A stretch of DNA of 64,000 nucleotides, taken from positions 17,980,001-18,044,000 of the forward strand of contig NC_083237.1 of the NCBI RefSeq assembly GCF_032191835.1. Direction: 5' to 3'. This DNA is from Heteronotia binoei (Eukaryota). Of this stretch, positions 59,876 to 64,000 are shown piece after piece. A model generated the notes under the pieces. The model had not been told where the DNA came from. It was given only the letters and a program-made list of their open reading frames with translations, and did no database searches. The first letter of the stretch is position 1; each line of letters begins with the position of its first letter. The position numbers were made by a program, and so were the translations under genes.

Positions 59876-62536
59876 TTACGTAGCTCGGAACCCTTTCCGG
59901 AATTCGTTCAGGAACTCATCATGATTGTAAAACACATCATCGTGTTCCTGTTCAGCCAGCTCTTTCAGACGCTTGGCTTCAGCCTCCTTCTCCCTTGCCT
60001 CGCACTCTGCCACCCAGGCTTTCCATTTCTTAGCCTTTTCTTTTAACATTTCCTCAAATCCGGGTGGGTCTGGATTGACAGTCAGAGTGACATAGGGACA
60101 CTTGTACCTAGCGGGACGTTGGCCTTTGGTGGACCTGGCAGACACCCGTGGCCCTGTGCTTGGACCAGCTTTGTCTTCTTCGGGTTGCTCTGTTCCCACC
60201 TCCTGGGCTGGTTGCTCTGCCCCTGTAATTGGGTGTTGAACCTCCTGACTCTCACACTTTACCTCCAGTTCCTGCATTTGAGGCTCTGCCTCCTGACTCT
60301 GCTCGTCAGGCTCTGTGCCAGCATTCGGCTCACCTTCTCCAGCCCCACTGGGTGCCACCTCCTGGGCTGGAGTTCTGGGCTGCGCTCCAACATCGTTATC
60401 GCTACTTGGCAGCAGGACAAATTGTTTCTGCAAGGAGTGCAACCTTGGCCAGCTGCTTTCTTCATTGAACTGGGCACTCTTACTAAGTGTTATCTTGCTT
60501 TTGCTATTGCAGAAACGATAACACCTGGCCCTTGGCTTGTAGCCCAGAAAAATTAGGCTCTCTGCCCGGACATCCCCCTCCCCGCTACTCGTGGAGTGGA
60601 TGCCAACCCGAGCCCGTGACCCAAAGACTTTTGAAGAACTCAAATCTGGGGTCTTGTTCAACAGTAACCTGTAAGGCACATTTTTCACAGTATTACACCA
60701 AACCCTATTTTGTAAAAAAACAGCTGCATGTATGGTTTCTGCCCAATAGGTCATTGGCAGTTGTGCATCCTCTAACATGCAATACATCACATTCTGCAAT
60801 ACAGCCCCATGCCCATTTTCTCGGGGCGTTGCCGGGTTCGTCAGACGGTGGGCAATGCCCTTGTTCTCCAGCCAACGTTTCATCTGGTTAGATAAGAATT
60901 CCCCCCCTCTGTCGGTTTGTACAGCTAGGAGATTAACCCCTAATTGTCTCTCCACTGCTTTGACCCACTTGGTGAATGTCTTATACACCTCAGACTTATG
61001 CACCATGGTGAAAACCCACGCGTACCTCGTGTGGTCGTCGGTGGCCACCAAGCAGTATCTCCTCCCCGACAGACTCTTTGGCAATGGGCCAATAACGTCT
61101 AAATGGACTAGTTCCAGGGCTCGTGTGCTTTCCCTTGAGCTTTCTTTAGCAACAGCACACGCCTTGCTTTTGGTCTTCTTGCAGACCTGGCAATCCAAGT
61201 AACATTTGCAAGGATTTACTTTCCAACTAGGCACAAGCTCCAGGGTTTTCTTTAACGCCCTAAATCCGCAGTGCCCAAGTCTCCTATGGAGCAAATGTAT
61301 ACAATTATTGTGCACAGGCTCATTCGACACCTGAGCCACCTGGGCACAATCACTCTGGACCACATACAGTTTACCTTCCCTCTTTCCTGTCACAAGCAAC
61401 TTTCCCCCACCTCCCAGGATTTTGCAGCAGGTTTTCTCAAATCTCACCTGGTATCCCTGGTCAAACAGTGTGCTAACACTCAACAGGTTAGACTGCAGTG
61501 AGGGTACATACAACACATTTTGCAACATACATTTCAGTGCAGGAAATTCCACATTGCCGGAGCAAACAGAATTGGCAGTGGTCCCATCAGCCAATCTCAC
61601 ATACTTATGCTCAGGACTGTCAATGTTTTTCAACAACTCCTTCTCGCAGCAGAGATGGCTCGTTGCCCCGGAGTCTAAAATCCAAGCAGACCCTGTGCTC
61701 TCTACTGCAGACGTGACCAGCCGGGTTGCTTCCTCACACGGGCTGGCGGTCCTCCGCTCTCGCCGCACACGCCCCCGCCTCTTCTCCCTCTCAGGGCAAG
61801 CTCGGAGCAGGTGCTGCGACGACCCGCATCCATAGCAGCGACGGACTGCAAACGCAGTCGGCTCCACTTCCTCCACCTTCGGACGCCTGCCAGCAGCAAA
61901 AGCTGGCTCATTCTTGGCTGTCTTCCCGGACACACCGATAACAGCACGCTGCCCGGCCGACACCCCCGGACAGCTCACGGCCGCAATTCTCTCTTGGAAG
62001 TCAAGCAGGTGGGCACAGACGTATTCCATGGTCAGGGTCGCTACGTCCACCGTCTCCAGAGAAGTTATCAGGGGAGTGTACTCAGGTGGCAACGACGACA
62101 GCAAAATGTACACTCTGTCGTCTGGAGCTACAGTCTTGCCTCTTGCCTCCAGCTCAACGAAACAGTCCGTTAGCCGTTTGATGTGATCTTTCACACACCC
62201 TCCAGCCGGCATAACGGTGCGGAACATCCTCCTTGTCAAGGCCACGAGGGAACCAGCAGTGGTGCTAACATGCACCGCACTCAACGCGTCCCAGGCAGCC
62301 TTGGGAGTGTCCTTCCCTCGCACATAAACCAGCTGGTCATCTCCTATAGACAGCACTATGTTGGCCAGTGCCTTATCCGATAACACAGTCTCGGCAGGAG
62401 ATAAGTCAGCAGGGGGGTTACTCACGAACAGCCATTGCCCTTCACGCTTGAGGTAGTGTTGCATTCTCAGGCTCCACACCGCGTAGTTGGCTGAGGTGAG
62501 CTTCTCAACGGCTACTCCAAGCTGTTGCTGAGCCAT
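59876..62536 (-). CDS. Copia Gag-protease-integrase polyprotein, 886 aa
   Basis: KLTSANYAVW (copia Gag), CYGCGSSQHLLRAC (CCHC), WILDSGATSH (protease), HRRLGH...CQVC, VHLDVIGP, QTDRGGEF. No YVDD RT motif. Confidence 0.92.
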   Translation of the reverse strand: MAQQQLGVAVEKLTSANYAVWSLRMQHYLKREGQWLFVSNPPADLSPAETVLSDKALANIVLSIGDDQLVYVRGKDTPKAAWDALSAVHVSTTAGSLVALTRRMFRTVMPAGGCVKDHIKRLTDCFVELEARGKTVAPDDRVYILLSSLPPEYTPLITSLETVDVATLTMEYVCAHLLDFQERIAAVSCPGVSAGQRAVIGVSGKTAKNEPAFAAGRRPKVEEVEPTAFAVRRCYGCGSSQHLLRACPEREKRRGRVRRERRTASPCEEATRLVTSAVESTGSAWILDSGATSHLCCEKELLKNIDSPEHKYVRLADGTTANSVCSGNVEFPALKCMLQNVLYVPSLQSNLLSVSTLFDQGYQVRFEKTCCKILGGGGKLLVTGKREGKLYVVQSDCAQVAQVSNEPVHNNCIHLLHRRLGHCGFRALKKTLELVPSWKVNPCKCYLDCQVCKKTKSKACAVAKESSRESTRALELVHLDVIGPLPKSLSGRRYCLVATDDHTRYAWVFTMVHKSEVYKTFTKWVKAVERQLGVNLLAVQTDRGGEFLSNQMKRWLENKGIAHRLTNPATPRENGHGAVLQNVMYCMLEDAQLPMTYWAETIHAAVFLQNRVWCNTVKNVPYRLLLNKTPDLSSSKVFGSRARVGIHSTSSGEGDVRAESLIFLGYKPRARCYRFCNSKSKITLSKSAQFNEESSWPRLHSLQKQFVLLPSSDNDVGAQPRTPAQEVAPSGAGEGEPNAGTEPDEQSQEAEPQMQELEVKCESQEVQHPITGAEQPAQEVGTEQPEEDKAGPSTGPRVSARSTKGQRPARYKCPYVTLTVNPDPPGFEEMLKEKAKKWKAWVAECEAREKEAEAKRLKELAEQEHDDVFYNHDEFLNEFRKGFRAT

Positions 62537-62682
62537 CGTGCCGACTCCTCCTCACGGCCGGCTGCCGACGTCCCTCTGGCTCTCAAACAGAGAACGGTGG
62601 TGCTTCTGTGTCCTTCACCGGCGTTCCTCGCCTCCGGCTCTTTCCAAACTCACAGTCAGCTCAACTCTCAACTCTCTCCTCC

Positions 62683-62713
62683 GCGCAGCGGAAGCGCCCT
62701 GGGCCCATAACCC
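62683..62713 (-). promoter_or_regulatory. Extended primer-binding site complementary to the 5' half of initiator tRNA-Met
   Basis: The + strand gcgcagcggaagcgccctgggcccataaccc matches the recalled tRNAi-Met nt 10-40 at 29 of 31 positions. Confidence 0.88.
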
Positions 62714-63119
62714 TGTCGGAGCGGGAGTAGCAGAGTGAGGGAGATGACTTGCCCGACACAGGGCTTCAGGAAAGAAAATCAGGCAGACACGTGCAACTAG
62801 TGCCAAAAGGTGTATTAACATATATACACGACAAGTGCTCTCTTGTGCAGTCTATACAATATCACCTCCACGGACAAAGTGCTTCGCCTAACCACCATCT
62901 CACAGGGAGAGACCTGTGTGATGCACACACAGATCATATATAGTCCAAGCAGCCAATCCTGGCCGTGCTGACTCAGCAGATTGCATCACTTGGCTTCTGC
63001 CGGCTCAAGCCGGTCTGCTGATCAGGTCACTGTGACCTAGCCTGGCAGCTAGATCACCAGCTGTCATACTGTAGCTGTCGGACTGGGTTTATGTAGATTC
63101 TTGCTCCAACACTGCTTAC

Positions 63120-63430
63120 TAAGGACATCAGTGAAGCCGTGTTGGATCAGGCCAATGGCCCATGCAGTCCAACGGTCTGTGTCACATGATGGCCAAAAAA
63201 CCAGGTGCCATCAGGAGGTCCATTAGTGGGGCCAAGATACTAGAAGCCCTCCCATTGTTGCCCCCCAGCACCAAAAATACAGAGCATCACTTGCCCCAGA
63301 CAGAGAGTTCCACCAGTAGCCACTGATGGACCTCTGCTCCATATGTTGATCCAATCCCCTCTTGAAGCTGTCTATGCATGTAGCTGCCATCACCTCCTGT
63401 GGCAGTGAATTCCATGTGTTAATCACAACC
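63120..63430 (-). mobile_element. CR1 3' fragment
   Basis: NTWNSLPQEVMAATCIDSFKRGLDQHMEQRSISG. Confidence 0.85.
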
Positions 63431-64000
63431 CCTCCCACTGTGCCTGTTCACAGCTGCCCGGAGTCCCTTTTCCCAATGGTGCAAAGCAATGCATGACTAG
63501 GATTGCCACCGCTGTGGCTGCCCAACGCATAACCCCATGTGCCATTTGTGTGACCTTCTCCAACAGCACTGGGAAGTACATGCAGCCAAGAGCAGGGGAA
63601 ATCTAAGTGGATGGGGAAATGTGTACTGATAGGCAGGTCTCAAATTCAGCAGGAGTTCACAGAAGCACAGCTCCTGAACCTTTCTGACGGTTCTCCCTCA
63701 TCCTCCCTGCCTACCGACCTTGTCCATTGAATAGTAGGTGCAGCTGCATAACAATCCCTGGATGAGGAGAGCGGGTAGCCAACCAGCCACCTGGGGCTTT
63801 GCCACGCCCCCAGCAGCCCTCATTAACCCCTGGAGAAGCCTGCACAACCCTTTCTCCACTTCTTATGTGATTTTGGGCAGCGGGTGGCTTGCTGATCCTT
63901 TGACTGAGGGGGGCAACCCACAAGAGTCCCAGGTGAGTGAGGCCTGCTTTGGCTGCCTGAATTTCTAGCCAGCCCAAGCAGACCTTGCTAACTTGGGGCT

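Larger units (their letters stand above)
59393..63111 (-). mobile_element. Ty1/copia LTR retrotransposon, non-autonomous (no RT or RNase H), 3,719 bp
   Basis: 398-bp LTRs at 59393-59790 and 62714-63111 read identical; TG...CA ends; 5-bp TSD CTGCT (59388-59392, 63112-63116); PBS GGTTATGGGCCCAG; PPT-like AGGAGGTG next to the 3' LTR. Confidence 0.95.

Noticed and set aside
62683-62713. tRNA-Met-like sequence
   Set aside because: Only 31 nt and directly against the LTR. It is a primer-binding site, not a tRNA gene. The SINE heads are likewise not tRNA genes.

Overview
Vertebrate DNA from a squamate reptile, most likely a gecko, judged from the many Squam3-type SINEs plus a Sauria SINE, BovB, CR1 and L2. 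The window is part of an olfactory receptor family 4 cluster with five intact single-coding-exon genes: OR4N-like (-), OR4M-like (-), OR4D-like (-) and two OR4Q-like paralogues (+). Most intergenic DNA is transposon-derived: L2, CR1, BovB, L1 and another RT-bearing LINE, SINEs, hAT and PIF/Harbinger MITEs, Penelope-like fragments and LTRs, often nested with readable target-site duplications (TSDs). There are three assembly gaps. The standout is a 3,719-bp Ty1/copia element (59393-63111) with LTRs that read identical and one open 886-aa Gag-PR-IN ORF. It has no RT or RNase H, and its integrase lacks the catalytic Glu. Its primer-binding site matches nt 10-40 of initiator tRNA-Met, and a U5 motif could pair with tRNA nt 1-9. 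Its LTR carries a perfect estrogen response element and a perfect Maf element, both retained in a diverged solo LTR at 47350-47755. All family names come from recalled motifs; no searches were run.
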